Part shown: piece after piece, positions 35,761 to 44,285 of the stretch | Layout of the letters: each line of letters starts with the position of its first letter | Position numbering within the stretch: position 1 is the first letter of the stretch | DNA from: Kiritimatiellia bacterium | GTDB lineage: Bacteria; Verrucomicrobiota; Kiritimatiellia; CAIVKH01 | DNA length: 64,000 nucleotides | Direction of reading: 5' to 3' | Assembly: GCA_025054615.1 (NCBI GenBank) | Contig: JANWZO010000009.1 | Span: 25,117-89,116, forward strand | Notes under the pieces: generated by a model | Told to the model about the DNA's origin: nothing | Databases searched by the model: none | The model's input: only the letters and a program-made list of their open reading frames with translations | Translations under genes and position numbers: made by a program

Positions 35761-36647
35761 ACCGAAAATTTCAGCGTGTGGCCGTGTTGATGGGAGGGCC
35801 TTCCTCGGAGCGAGAGGTCTCGCTCGCCTCTGGACGCGCCGTCTCCGCGGCCCTTCGCAGCCTCGGATACGAGGTGGCGGATGTGGACGTTCGGGACCGC
35901 ACGCTGGAGCTGCCGGAGGGGATCGACGCGGTGTTTATCGCACTCCATGGCGAGTTTGGCGAAGATGGCGGCGTGCAATCGATTCTCGAGGCGCGCGGCA
36001 TCCCCTACACCGGCTCCGGATCGGAGGCCAGTCGTCTGGCGTTCGACAAGATCCTCAGCAAACGGCTCTTCGAGCGGCACGCGATTTCGACGGCGCGGTA
36101 CGAGGTCCTCAGACGCGGCGGTCGGCGGACCCTTAAGCTGCCCGTGGTTGTAAAGCCGCCGCGCCAAGGGTCGAGCATCGGGCTGAGTCGCGTGATGCAA
36201 GAGAGCGACTGGGAGTCGGCAATGGAGACGGCCCTCGCTCACGATACCGAGGTGTTAGTAGAAGCCTTTATTCCAGGCAGGGAATTGACGGTGGGCATCG
36301 TGGATGATCAGGTGCTGCCCGTGGTGGAAATTCGGGCTCCGGACGGCTGCTACGACTACCGCGCCAAATACACGAAGGGTTTGACGGAGTACCTCGTGCC
36401 CGCGCCGATCTCGCCGGCAGAAACGCGCCGTTGCCAGGAACTGGCATGGCGCACGTTTACCGCGATGGGTTGCCGAGGGATGGGCCGCGTAGACATCCGT
36501 TTGACGCCGGAAGGCGAGCCCTATGTACTGGAAATGAACACGATTCCCGGCTTCACCGAAACCAGCCTGCTGCCGAAGGCGGCCCGCGCCGCCGGTCTTG
36601 AGTTTGCCGCCCTCTGTGACAAGATCCTGAATCTTGCCCGCTGCTGA
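35757..36647 (+). CDS. ddl: D-alanine--D-alanine ligase
   Basis: RVAVLMGGPSSEREVSL, ALHGEFGEDGGVQSILE, VVKPPRQGSSIG and LEMNTIPGFTETS. The ATG overlaps the murC stop (ATGA). Confidence 0.9.
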   Translation: MNRKFQRVAVLMGGPSSEREVSLASGRAVSAALRSLGYEVADVDVRDRTLELPEGIDAVFIALHGEFGEDGGVQSILEARGIPYTGSGSEASRLAFDKILSKRLFERHAISTARYEVLRRGGRRTLKLPVVVKPPRQGSSIGLSRVMQESDWESAMETALAHDTEVLVEAFIPGRELTVGIVDDQVLPVVEIRAPDGCYDYRAKYTKGLTEYLVPAPISPAETRRCQELAWRTFTAMGCRGMGRVDIRLTPEGEPYVLEMNTIPGFTETSLLPKAARAAGLEFAALCDKILNLARC

Positions 36648-36660
36648 CGAACCTCCAGGG

Positions 36661-37539
36661 ATGTCGCTGTTTCGCAAATCCGCTTCCAGTTCGAACGTCC
36701 GCCGATCGCGGGGACGCGAGAGTGTCCTGGCCGTCAACGCCCGCGGCGGATCGGCGAAGGGCCGCGAACGCGTCCAGAAGACCGCGGCGCTCACGATCCT
36801 GTGCCTTGCGCTGCTCGTCACGGGATGGGCGGCCTACGCGGGTTTGTCCGTTGCCGGAGATCATCTCTTCGCCCGAAATGAGCGCTATCGGATCCGACAG
36901 ATTGACATTTCCACGGACGGCACCCTGCCCATCACGCATCTGCGAGAATACGCTGGCGTGTCCGAGGGGCAGAATTTATTTGCGGTCGACATTCGACAGA
37001 TCGCGCGGAACATCGAGCGAACGCCTCGAGTCCGGTCGGTCGAGGTCCGCCGTATTCTGCCGGATACGCTTTCGATACGCGTGCGGGAACGAATCCCCTT
37101 GGCGCGCGTGGCCGAAGGCGCTGCCGGGGCGCCAACCGGCGTGGATCGGGAGGGCTTCATTCTCGGTCCCGGCGTCGGGCGCGGGCTGCCGATCATTTCC
37201 GGTGTGTCGGAGACGGGCCTGTCGCCCGGCAGCGTCCTCACCGATCCGAAAACGCTCGACGCTATTCGCCTGCTTGAAATTTGCGAGCAGTCCAAGCTGG
37301 GGCCGTTGCTCCGAATCCAGGCAGTCAACGTCAGGCACCCTGACTATCTCGACGTGGCGCTGGCATCGGGCGCGCGCATCCTGCTCGGCCGCGACAAGTT
37401 GGAGTGGCGCCTCGAGAAACTGGCCGATCTGATCCTGACACACCGGGAGCTGGGTTTGGAGATCGAAACAGCCGATTTGACGGTCGACCGGAACTTTCCG
37501 GTTCGCACGCGGCCCATCGTGGAGGCGAGGGCGCGCTAA
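36661..37539 (+). CDS. ftsQ: Cell division protein FtsQ (TM helix plus POTRA)
   Basis: TM helix AALTILCLALLVTGWAAYAGL, then the POTRA-like segment YRIRQIDISTDG..LFAVDIRQIARNIERTPRVRSVEVRRILPDTLSIRVRER. The position between ddl and ftsA also supports the call. Confidence 0.8.
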   Translation: MSLFRKSASSSNVRRSRGRESVLAVNARGGSAKGRERVQKTAALTILCLALLVTGWAAYAGLSVAGDHLFARNERYRIRQIDISTDGTLPITHLREYAGVSEGQNLFAVDIRQIARNIERTPRVRSVEVRRILPDTLSIRVRERIPLARVAEGAAGAPTGVDREGFILGPGVGRGLPIISGVSETGLSPGSVLTDPKTLDAIRLLEICEQSKLGPLLRIQAVNVRHPDYLDVALASGARILLGRDKLEWRLEKLADLILTHRELGLEIETADLTVDRNFPVRTRPIVEARAR

Positions 37540-37540
37540 C

Positions 37541-38746
37541 ATGCCGTTTCGCGAACAGCCCATCGTGGTGGCCCTGGAACTGGGCACAACCAAAACGCGC
37601 GCGGTGGTCGGCGAGGCCCGCGAGGACCAGCATTTGATGGTCCTCGGGGTCGGCGAGTGCCCCTCCCGGGGCATTCGGAAAAGCGAGATCATCGATTTCG
37701 ACGCTGCTGTCGAATGCGCGCGGGACGCCCTTGCCGCAGCGGAGTCGAATGCGGACGTGGGAATCAAACAGGTGTGCCTGCTGGCGTCCGGGGCGAACAT
37801 CCGCGCCATTGTCAATCGCGGCAGTATTCCGCTGACCGAGGGCGAAGTCTCCCGCGAGGACATCGAGCACGTGATGGAGACGGCCCGCGCTGTCAACCTG
37901 CAGGGCGAATATGAGGTTTTGCATTCGATCTGCCAGCATTTCGAGGTGGATAGCCAGCGGGGGATTATCAATCCCGAGGGCCTCGAGGGCACCAAGCTGG
38001 CGGTCGACATGCTCATCCTGCACGCATCGCGGACATGGCTGCGCAATCTCGTGAAGGTTGCGAAAACCGCGGGGGTAGATGTGCAGGATGTCGCGGCCTC
38101 GGGGTTGTGCGCTGCGCTGGCCGTGTTGTCTCAGGAGGAGAAACAGCAGGGCGCCGCGGTCATTGAGCTGGGCGGCGGCAGCACGAATTATGTCGCTTAC
38201 GCGGGGCAGATGATCGCGGCGGCCGGGGCCTTTGCCGTGGGGGGCGATCATGTCACCTACGACCTTGCCTGCGGGCTGAAAATTACGCTCGCCCAGGCCG
38301 AGCGCCTCAAAGAGGATTACGGGAGCGCCGTTATTGACCTGCAGCGCCGGGCACAACATGTCGAGCTTGGCCATGAGGCGGCCTCACGGGGGCGGTATGT
38401 ACGGCTGGGCGATCTTCAGGCCATCACGAATGCGCGCGCGGAGGAAACGCTGTCGCTAGTGCGTGACGAACTGGAGCGCAAGAATCTGCTCCCGTATCTT
38501 GGTCGCGGGATTGTTCTGACCGGCGGCGGCAGCTATCTCAGGGACATCCTCGACCTGGCCGAAAAAGTGTTCAATCTGCCGTGCCGACAGGGACGCCCCC
38601 GGGACGTGAGCGGCCTGGCCGTTGCGACGGATGGGCCGGAATATGCCAGCACGATTGGCCTGCTCCGCTATGCCCTGCGCTCATCGCGGCAGAGTCGCCG
38701 GGGCTGGCTTCAGAATTGGTTCGGCTCCATTTGGGGAGGACGTTGA
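37541..38746 (+). CDS. ftsA: Cell division protein FtsA
   Basis: VVALELGTTKTRAVVGE, VIELGGGSTNY and GIVLTGGGSYL (actin-fold phosphate motifs). Confidence 0.9.
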   Translation: MPFREQPIVVALELGTTKTRAVVGEAREDQHLMVLGVGECPSRGIRKSEIIDFDAAVECARDALAAAESNADVGIKQVCLLASGANIRAIVNRGSIPLTEGEVSREDIEHVMETARAVNLQGEYEVLHSICQHFEVDSQRGIINPEGLEGTKLAVDMLILHASRTWLRNLVKVAKTAGVDVQDVAASGLCAALAVLSQEEKQQGAAVIELGGGSTNYVAYAGQMIAAAGAFAVGGDHVTYDLACGLKITLAQAERLKEDYGSAVIDLQRRAQHVELGHEAASRGRYVRLGDLQAITNARAEETLSLVRDELERKNLLPYLGRGIVLTGGGSYLRDILDLAEKVFNLPCRQGRPRDVSGLAVATDGPEYASTIGLLRYALRSSRQSRRGWLQNWFGSIWGGR

Positions 38747-39933
38747 TGGCGTTGCGCGGAAACGGAATGTTGTTTGCCTCCGCCGACGCGCGAGACGCGG
38801 GTCGAATCCTTGTGGCGGGCGTTGGCGGGGCCGGATGTAATGCCGTTGCCCTCATGGCCGAACGATGGACGGAGGGGCCCGGTCTGATCGCCATCAACAG
38901 CGACGCCCGCGCGCTCGCCACATGCGGGGCGCCCCGCACCCTCTTGATCGGGGAGAAGGCGACCCGAGGCCTCGGCGCCGCAGGTGACGTCGTCGCGGGC
39001 CGTCTCGCCGCCGAGGAAAGCCTAGCGTTGATAAAGGACGCTCTCTCCGGCCATGACCTCCTCCTGATGGTCGGCGCGATGGGGCGCGGCACCGGCACAG
39101 GCGCGATGCCAGTGATTGCCAGGGCGGCGCGCGACCTCGGGCTGTTGGTATACGCTTTTGTGGCGTTGCCATTTTCGATTGAGGGGGATCGCATTCGCCG
39201 CGTGGCGGAAGAGGGGGTCCTGCAGCTTCGCCGCAATGGGGCGGCCGTTGCCACCCTGCCCAATGACCGGTTGATCGCCCTCGCCGGTTCGGAAGCGCCG
39301 ATGGAAGAGGCCTTCGCCCGGTCGGACGAGATCCTCGCGAACGGCATCCATGCCATCTGGCATTTGCTGTCCCGGACGGGCATCATCAACATCACCTTTG
39401 CGGACATCCAAGAATTGGCCGAGCGCAGCGGCGGAACGCTTGCCTTCGGCCATGCGGACGCGCAAGGTCCGGGTTGCGCCGCCGCCGTGCTCCAGAAATT
39501 GTTCACCACGCCGTTGTTGGAGGGCGGCCGGCTGATCCGGGAAGCTCAGGGCATCCTCGTCGCCATCGCAGGCGGGCCCGACCTCACCTTGTCAACATAC
39601 CAGGGCATCGTAGGCCAAATCCAATCGTCAATGCGCGAGGATGCGCACATGACCGTGGGGGTGTTTATCGAGGAATCGCGTCGAAACCGCATCTCAGTCA
39701 CTGTGCTGACCGCGGAGGCGTGGAGGGAGTTGAGAACGGACCAGGCGACGGGTCCTTCGGACGCTGCCGAACCCGACCGTGACTTGGGTCCGCTCCAGCC
39801 CGAATTGAACCTCGGGGATCAACGTCAATTGGACCGGGGTCCGTTTGGCAAAACGACCCCGACGATGATCAACGGGGAGGACCTCGACATTCCCACGTTC
39901 ATCCGGCGCGGGATAAAACTTTCGTCCGGCTAG
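38746..39933 (+). CDS. ftsZ: Cell division protein FtsZ (divergent G-box)
   Basis: ILVAGVGGAGCNAV, GAMGRGTGTGAMPVIA, NITFADI (T7 loop) and the C-terminal DLDIPTFIRR peptide. The ATG at 38746 overlaps the ftsA stop. The ORF is nominally open from 38581. Confidence 0.88.
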   Translation: MALRGNGMLFASADARDAGRILVAGVGGAGCNAVALMAERWTEGPGLIAINSDARALATCGAPRTLLIGEKATRGLGAAGDVVAGRLAAEESLALIKDALSGHDLLLMVGAMGRGTGTGAMPVIARAARDLGLLVYAFVALPFSIEGDRIRRVAEEGVLQLRRNGAAVATLPNDRLIALAGSEAPMEEAFARSDEILANGIHAIWHLLSRTGIINITFADIQELAERSGGTLAFGHADAQGPGCAAAVLQKLFTTPLLEGGRLIREAQGILVAIAGGPDLTLSTYQGIVGQIQSSMREDAHMTVGVFIEESRRNRISVTVLTAEAWRELRTDQATGPSDAAEPDRDLGPLQPELNLGDQRQLDRGPFGKTTPTMINGEDLDIPTFIRRGIKLSSG

Positions 39934-40052
39934 CGACAAACCCTTTGGCAGCGGCTCGCTTCGAGCCCCGATATGACCCGCGGAGCAGCTCGCTCAGCAA
40001 TCGATGGCCGCGCCGCGCCGGAAGGAAACGACCGGCGATTCCGGATGAGCAG

Positions 40053-40436
40053 TCAGCCTTCGCGTGGTTGCTGCGCGGAGGCTTTCCACGCGATCATTGC
40101 TTTTCGCCACGCGTACCACGTGTCGTAAACGTTCGCCAGGTAGACGGCGATGAGGAAGACGGAACTTTTGACCAGCGGCAGGAAAACCGCCCTGGCCTCT
40201 TCCGGATCAACGCCCGTGGTCCAGGCATCCACCAGAATACGCACGGCATCCGGGCCCTTTAGCCACAATACATTCAAGAATATGAGGGTTGCTACGGCGC
40301 CCGCACCGCCATAGACGCAGCAAGCGACGATCCGGCGTTGGAGCCATTGACCGACACCGGGGAAGATGGCCGCCGAATAGAGCAAAGGTTTGAGGGAGGG
40401 CTTCTCCGAGATTCGCGCGGGTTGCGGGTAAAACAT
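40053..40436 (-). CDS. Small membrane protein (hypothetical, about 3 TM helices)
   Basis: Hydrophobic segments LLYSAAIFPGVGQWL, ACCVYGGAGAVATLIFLNVLWL and SSVFLIAVYLANVY. The start lies 1 nt after the miaB stop, so co-transcription is likely. Confidence 0.5.
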   Translation of the reverse strand: MFYPQPARISEKPSLKPLLYSAAIFPGVGQWLQRRIVACCVYGGAGAVATLIFLNVLWLKGPDAVRILVDAWTTGVDPEEARAVFLPLVKSSVFLIAVYLANVYDTWYAWRKAMIAWKASAQQPREG

Positions 40437-40437
40437 C

Positions 40438-41799
40438 TTATACGGCGAAGACGGGCACGTTGCGGGGGGACTTGGCCGGAGTTCCGATCATCGAATAGGG
40501 CGATGTCCAATCGATTCGGACCTCGACCTCCTCGCCCCGGAGATCCCGCATATCATCAAAGAAGACAAGCTTGCCATGCCGCGTGCGACCGCGCCACTTG
40601 CCCTTCTGCCGATCCTCGACGAGGACGGAGACGGTGGTCCCGCGAAACGCCCGCATCTTTTCCTCGAGGATCTTTTCCTGCACGGCATCTAATTCCCGCC
40701 AACGGGCCTCTTTTTCCTCCTCGGGAACGTCGTCCGGCATTCGCCGTGCCGCGATGGTCTTCGGACGTTCTGAGTATTTGGACAGATGCACTTTGTCGAA
40801 ACGAACCTCCTGGACGATGCGAACAGTATCCTCGAACTGACGCCGGGTTTCTCCGGGGAACCCCACGATGATATCGGTATGAATTGCGGCGTCCGGGACG
40901 ATGCTGCGAATCCGGTCGATCAGAGATAGGTACTGAGAAACCGTATAACCCCGGCGCATTCGCTCGAGGACCTCGTCATTCCCCGCCTGGATCGGAACTT
41001 CGATTTGTGGGCAGATGACGTCCGAATCGGCCACAGCGCGCAGGATGTCGTCCGTCATGTAGTTCGGGTGACTGGTGAGGAATCGAACGCGGCGGAGCCC
41101 GGGCACCGCGGCGACTCGGCGCAGCAATCCGCTCAGTCGGATGCCGTCCCCCAAATCCATTCCGTAGCGGTCGACGATCTGCCCGAGGAGCATCACCTCG
41201 CGGATCCCTTGGGAGGCAAGGGAGCGAACTTCGGCGAGGATCTCGTCGGGTGGGCGGCTCCGTTCGGCTCCACGTCGATAGGGAATCACACAGAAGGTGC
41301 AGGCATGGGAGCAGCCGAGAACGACAGGCACGTGGGCAGTCACTGTGCCGCGTTGCGTCCGCGGGAGGGGAAGATCCTCGTCCTGGATCGCGTCGCGAAG
41401 GGCACGGGCGCGGGTTTCGTCCACCTGAACATCGTCGAACCAGCCTCGCTTCTGAAGGAAATCGAGTAGAGGGGCGGTTTCCGAGGGTGGCATGAATACG
41501 TCCACGAAGGGGAATCGCGACTTGAGGGCCGGAGCTTCCTTCATTCCGACCATGCACCCCATGAGGGCGATGGTCATGCCGGGGCGCTCGCGCTTGACGC
41601 CGGACAGCGCAGTGAGGCGGCCGACCGCCTTGTCCTCCGCCTGCTGGCGAATGACGCACGTGTTCAACACGACCACGTCGGCCTCTTCGGCGCGTTCGGT
41701 CGGATTCAGTCCGGCGAACTCGAGCTGCTGTGCGAGACGGCGGGAATCCGCCTCGTTCATCTGGCAGCCGATTGTCCAGATGTGATAGGTGCGAGCCAT
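40438..41799 (-). CDS. miaB: tRNA-i6A37 methylthiotransferase MiaB
   Basis: YHIWTIGCQMNEADS (UPF0004 domain Cys), GCSHACTFCVIP (radical-SAM CxxxCxxC) and a C-terminal TRAM-like segment. Confidence 0.9.
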   Translation of the reverse strand: MARTYHIWTIGCQMNEADSRRLAQQLEFAGLNPTERAEEADVVVLNTCVIRQQAEDKAVGRLTALSGVKRERPGMTIALMGCMVGMKEAPALKSRFPFVDVFMPPSETAPLLDFLQKRGWFDDVQVDETRARALRDAIQDEDLPLPRTQRGTVTAHVPVVLGCSHACTFCVIPYRRGAERSRPPDEILAEVRSLASQGIREVMLLGQIVDRYGMDLGDGIRLSGLLRRVAAVPGLRRVRFLTSHPNYMTDDILRAVADSDVICPQIEVPIQAGNDEVLERMRRGYTVSQYLSLIDRIRSIVPDAAIHTDIIVGFPGETRRQFEDTVRIVQEVRFDKVHLSKYSERPKTIAARRMPDDVPEEEKEARWRELDAVQEKILEEKMRAFRGTTVSVLVEDRQKGKWRGRTRHGKLVFFDDMRDLRGEEVEVRIDWTSPYSMIGTPAKSPRNVPVFAV

Positions 41800-41876
41800 T
41801 CCGCTGATGGGTAACCTGCCGTTGATTTACAGAAAAACCGATTTATTCGTATGTCATCGTTCTGCATATTTCAATC

Positions 41877-43691
41877 TTGGACGCCATGTCTCGCCATTCT
41901 TCTGCATCGCGATATCTCAAGACCGCGTCGAGGCCGGCGCCACCTCGGCCGCCTCACGCGGCCCTGAGCGTCGCCCGAGGATGCGGTATCGCTCCGAAAG
42001 ACTTCGACTGGCTTGAGAAGAACATACCCTGCCAGGCAGCCTGTCCGGCGAAGACGGACATCCCCGCCTATCTGGACGCGATTGCAAAGGGAGATTTTGA
42101 GCTGGCGTACCGTATCAATTTGCGTGACAACGTCTTTCCCGCCGTTCTGGGGCGGGTGTGCACACGGCCCTGCGAGCCGGCATGCCGCCACGGGTGGAAG
42201 GGCTTGGGCGAGCCAGTGGCCATTTGCTTTTCCAAGCGGTCGGCATCGGATTTTCTTGCCCGTCGCGACCCGATTCTTCTCGAACCTGTTTTTCCTCCCT
42301 CGGGTAGGCGGGTCGCCATCGTCGGCGCCGGTGCAGCCGGTTTGGCTGCTGCCCGGGAGATGGCGCTGTGGGGTCATGAGGTCACTGTATTCGAAAGAGA
42401 TGCCGAGCCGGGTGGCATGATGGTGCAGGGAATTCCCGCCTTTCGGTTGCCGCGGGAGATTGTGCATAGAGAGATCCGCCAGATCGCGCTGCAGGGCGTC
42501 TCCATCCGCTGCGGAGTCGAGGTGGGGCGCGACATTTCGTTCGACGAGCTGAGGAACTCATACGATGTGGTCCTTCTTGCCGTGGGGACGATGTCGCCCG
42601 TGCTGCCCGAAATACCCGGCATCAACCTTCCTGGCGTCGAGCACGGGCTGGTTTTCCTCAGGGCCGCGAATGCGGGCCGGCGGTCCGACATCGGCCGTCG
42701 CGTGGTGGTCATCGGCGGCGGATTCACCGCTGTCGATTGCGCGCGCATGGCGAAGAGGCTCGGAGCCGAGTCGGTCGGAATGTATTACCGGCGGACTGTC
42801 GATGAGATGTATATCACGCCCGGCGAAGTTGAGGAAATGGCGCGGGAGGGGATCGAATTTTCCGCGCAATGCGCTCCCGTGGCGGTGCTGGAAGAAAATG
42901 GTCGCGCAGTGGGCGTTCGTTTTGTCCGCACACGTCCGGGTCCCCCGGGACCGGAGGGTCGAAGAACTTTCGAGCCGATTCCGGGCAGCGAATTCGACGT
43001 GGCGGCCGATCTTATTCTCACGGCAACGGGGCAGCGTGCAGACCGAAGCTGGGTGCCGGAGCCCTGGATTGCGGCGCTGGAGGCGGCGAAGGGGCGGGGA
43101 TGGGTTGATCTGGGTTCCGGGGTTTTTGCGGCGGGCGATTTTTCAGCCGGCGCGCGGTCTCTGATCGATGCGATCGCAGACGGTCGCAACGTCGCCCGCG
43201 CGATGGATCGATTCCTGATGGGCCGGGACCGATTCCGCGAGGAGGTGCGGATCGAGGATGCCGAAGAGACGGGCAGGACCCGTGAGATGGATTTTTGGCC
43301 GCGGAATCCGATGCCCTGCCTGCCTCCGGACCGGCGGGGGATCGACGACGAAGTCGAAACCGGTTTCGATGCGGAAACTGCGAAACGCGAGGCGAAACGC
43401 TGTTATTTGTGCCACTACAAGTACGAAATAGATAATGAACTTTGCATTTACTGCGACCGGTGCCTGAAGGTGAAGCCCGTCGAAGGATGCATTGTCAAGG
43501 TCAGCCAGATGATTTACGACGAGCAGGGTCGAATTACGGGATATATCCCATCTACGGGGAGCAAGGATTACAACTTGCTATACATCGACCAGTCGCAGTG
43601 CATTCGGTGCGGGGCCTGCAAGGATGTGTGTCCGGTTGAATGCATCGATCTTCAAAAAGTGTCGCTGTGCGTAACTTCGGTGAGGGGGTAG
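41877..43691 (+). CDS. GltD-like NAD(P)H-dependent FAD oxidoreductase with N-terminal Fe-S Cys cluster and C-terminal 2x[4Fe-4S] ferredoxin domain
   Basis: PCQAACPAKTDIPAYL..VCTRPCEPACRH, VAIVGAGAAGLAAA..FERDAEPGGMM, VVVIGGGFTAVDCA and the C-terminal CIYCDRCLKVKP..CIRCGACKDVCP. The TTG at 41877 or the ATG at 41886 could be the start. Confidence 0.8.
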   Translation: MDAMSRHSSASRYLKTASRPAPPRPPHAALSVARGCGIAPKDFDWLEKNIPCQAACPAKTDIPAYLDAIAKGDFELAYRINLRDNVFPAVLGRVCTRPCEPACRHGWKGLGEPVAICFSKRSASDFLARRDPILLEPVFPPSGRRVAIVGAGAAGLAAAREMALWGHEVTVFERDAEPGGMMVQGIPAFRLPREIVHREIRQIALQGVSIRCGVEVGRDISFDELRNSYDVVLLAVGTMSPVLPEIPGINLPGVEHGLVFLRAANAGRRSDIGRRVVVIGGGFTAVDCARMAKRLGAESVGMYYRRTVDEMYITPGEVEEMAREGIEFSAQCAPVAVLEENGRAVGVRFVRTRPGPPGPEGRRTFEPIPGSEFDVAADLILTATGQRADRSWVPEPWIAALEAAKGRGWVDLGSGVFAAGDFSAGARSLIDAIADGRNVARAMDRFLMGRDRFREEVRIEDAEETGRTREMDFWPRNPMPCLPPDRRGIDDEVETGFDAETAKREAKRCYLCHYKYEIDNELCIYCDRCLKVKPVEGCIVKVSQMIYDEQGRITGYIPSTGSKDYNLLYIDQSQCIRCGACKDVCPVECIDLQKVSLCVTSVRG

Positions 43692-43696
43692 CCATC

Positions 43697-44233
43697 ATGA
43701 TTCGGCGAGTTTTGACAGTTTTTCTGGCAGTTGTGTGGACCGCCGTCTCGGCCTTTGCGGTCGAGGAGGGCGCTCCGGCGCCTCCTTTTCGCGCGGCCTC
43801 CACGGCGGGAGGACCTCTGTCCCTCGGCGATTTCTCCGGATCGTGGCTTGTCCTGTTTTTCTACCCGAAATCGTTCACGCCGGGGTGCACGGCACAAAGT
43901 TGTTCGCTTCGGGATGGGTATGCGGCAATCGCCGAACAGGGTGCGAAAATTCTGGGGGTCAGCACGGACAGTTTGGAAACCCAGCAGCGATTCAAAGCTG
44001 AGCACCGCCTGCCTTTTGATTTGCTGGCCGACCCGGACGGCCAGGTCGCAAGAGCCTACGGCGTCAGTGGGCTGTTTGGAAAGTTCGCGCGTCGCGTGAC
44101 GTTCATTATCTCGCCCGACGGGAGGGTCGCGCGGGTGATTGAAGATGTGCAGACCGGTTCTCACGACCGCCAGGTCCTGGACGCCTTGCGGTTGGCCCAA
44201 CAGACGTTTCAGGCTTCGACTCCCGCTCAATAA
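43697..44233 (+). CDS. bcp: Exported Bcp-type peroxiredoxin (AhpC/TSA family)
   Basis: MIRRVLTVFLAVVWTAVSAFA is a signal peptide. The active site reads LVLFFYPKSFTPGCTAQSC (Cys-x4-Cys). The gene lies 5 nt after the upstream stop. Confidence 0.85.
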   Translation: MIRRVLTVFLAVVWTAVSAFAVEEGAPAPPFRAASTAGGPLSLGDFSGSWLVLFFYPKSFTPGCTAQSCSLRDGYAAIAEQGAKILGVSTDSLETQQRFKAEHRLPFDLLADPDGQVARAYGVSGLFGKFARRVTFIISPDGRVARVIEDVQTGSHDRQVLDALRLAQQTFQASTPAQ

Positions 44234-44285
44234 AAGATTCTTTGCGAATCGGATTCTGGCATACTGATCCCCATCGAATCGTCCG

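Noticed and set aside
34114-36242. Several 190-280-aa ORFs on both strands inside murC and ddl (for example 34114-34950 minus, 35423-36136 plus, 35541-36242 minus)
   Set aside because: Same reasoning: they overlap genes with P-loop and ATP-grasp motifs in the annotated frame and have biased composition.
36976-38374. Two long minus-strand ORFs (356 and 347 aa) across ftsQ and ftsA
   Set aside because: They are antisense to unmistakable FtsQ and FtsA coding sequence, and their translations are Arg/Ala/Pro-rich with no motifs.
38571-39509. 312-aa minus-strand ORF across ftsZ, and the nominal upstream extension of the ftsZ ORF (38581-38745)
   Set aside because: It is antisense to or overlaps FtsA and FtsZ. 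The FtsZ N-terminal homology begins at the Met at 38746, which overlaps the ftsA stop.
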